From the NCBI GenBank assembly GCA_963806225.1, contig CAWDXG010000003.1, forward strand, positions 64,001-128,000: 64,000 nt of DNA, in the 5' to 3' direction. This document shows positions 63,481 to 64,000 of the stretch, in pieces (the first letter of the stretch is position 1; each line of letters begins with the position of its first letter). The stretch comes from an uncultured delta proteobacterium (lineage in GTDB: Bacteria; Myxococcota_A; Polyangia; Polyangiales; Polyangiaceae). Both the position numbers and the translations under genes were made by a program. Under the pieces are notes generated by a model. That model was not told where the DNA came from. It did no database searches and worked only from the letters and a program-made list of their open reading frames with translations.

Positions 63481-64000
63481 ATGAAGTGGTTCAAGCGCAT
63501 TGTGCTCCTGCTCGTCGCACTGGCCGTTCTGGCCGGGCTGGTGCTGGCCTTCCAGCCGCGTCCGGTGGGGGTCGACACGGCGCTCGTCACGAAGGGGCGC
63601 TACCAGCAGAGCATCGAGGAGGACGGCAAGACCCGCGTCAAGGAGCGCTACACGGTTTCCTCGCCGCTGTCGGGCACGCTCGAACGGATCGCCCTGCATG
63701 CCGGCGACGCGATCGACGACGGCACGGTGCTAGCGACCATCCAGCCCGTGGTACCGCCGTTGCTCGATGCACGCTCGCGGCGCGAGCTCGCGGCTCGCCT
63801 CGCCGCGGCGCAGGCCTCGAGGTTGCGTGCGGACACGAGCGTCGACGCGGCGCGTGTTGCGGCGGACTACGCGAAACGCGAGCTGTTGCGCACCCGGGCG
63901 CTGGCCAAGAGCGACGCGATCTCCCGGAGCGAGCTCGACCGCGCCGAGCTGGAGACGCGGGCACGCGACAAGGAGCTCCAAGCCGCCACGTTCGGTGCCC
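63481..64000 (+). CDS. Efflux periplasmic adaptor (HlyD/MFP family); truncated by the window end
   Basis: Manual translation [32 protein letters not shown]...[30 protein letters not shown], then a coiled coil. Confidence 0.88.
   Translation, partial: MKWFKRIVLLLVALAVLAGLVLAFQPRPVGVDTALVTKGRYQQSIEEDGKTRVKERYTVSSPLSGTLERIALHAGDAIDDGTVLATIQPVVPPLLDARSRRELAARLAAAQASRLRADTSVDAARVAADYAKRELLRTRALAKSDAISRSELDRAELETRARDKELQAATFGA

Overview
Very GC-rich chromosomal window. Gene content (Hanks kinases, PEGA and Cys-rich lipoproteins, a dynamin-like GTPase, HprK within the rpoN operon) suggests a myxobacterium, probably Polyangia; this is inference. Most of it is core or metabolic genes: the lptA-lptB-rpoN-hpf-ptsN-hprK-rapZ-ptsH-ptsI cluster, guaA, tRNA-Pro(UGG), lysine 6-aminotransferase, a Sir2 deacylase, MATE and NupC transporters, a HelD-like helicase, aldehyde, alcohol and acyl-CoA dehydrogenases, and an ABC efflux operon cut by the window end. 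About a dozen genes in the first 44 kb are broken by small indels, which look like long-read assembly errors rather than pseudogenes. The unexplained structure is mostly non-coding: (1) a tandem array of about 17.5 x 72-bp units, each centred on the 16-bp palindrome ACATAACCGGTTATGT, preceded by a 14-bp G-rich satellite and abutting a small double-HTH-like gene; (2) a 1.3-kb mosaic of GTAG-type REP-like units rich in GCGAAGC mini-hairpins; (3) a densely structured intergenic region (29.5-29.9 kb) with a near-perfect Shine-Dalgarno and a 13-codon ORF, a candidate sRNA or micropeptide locus; (4) a triple zinc-ribbon gene beside the tRNA; (5) a Fur-box-like site upstream of a porin-like plus cytochrome c pair. 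No CRISPR array, cas gene, transposase or intact integrase was seen. All calls come from reading motifs by eye; no searches were run.
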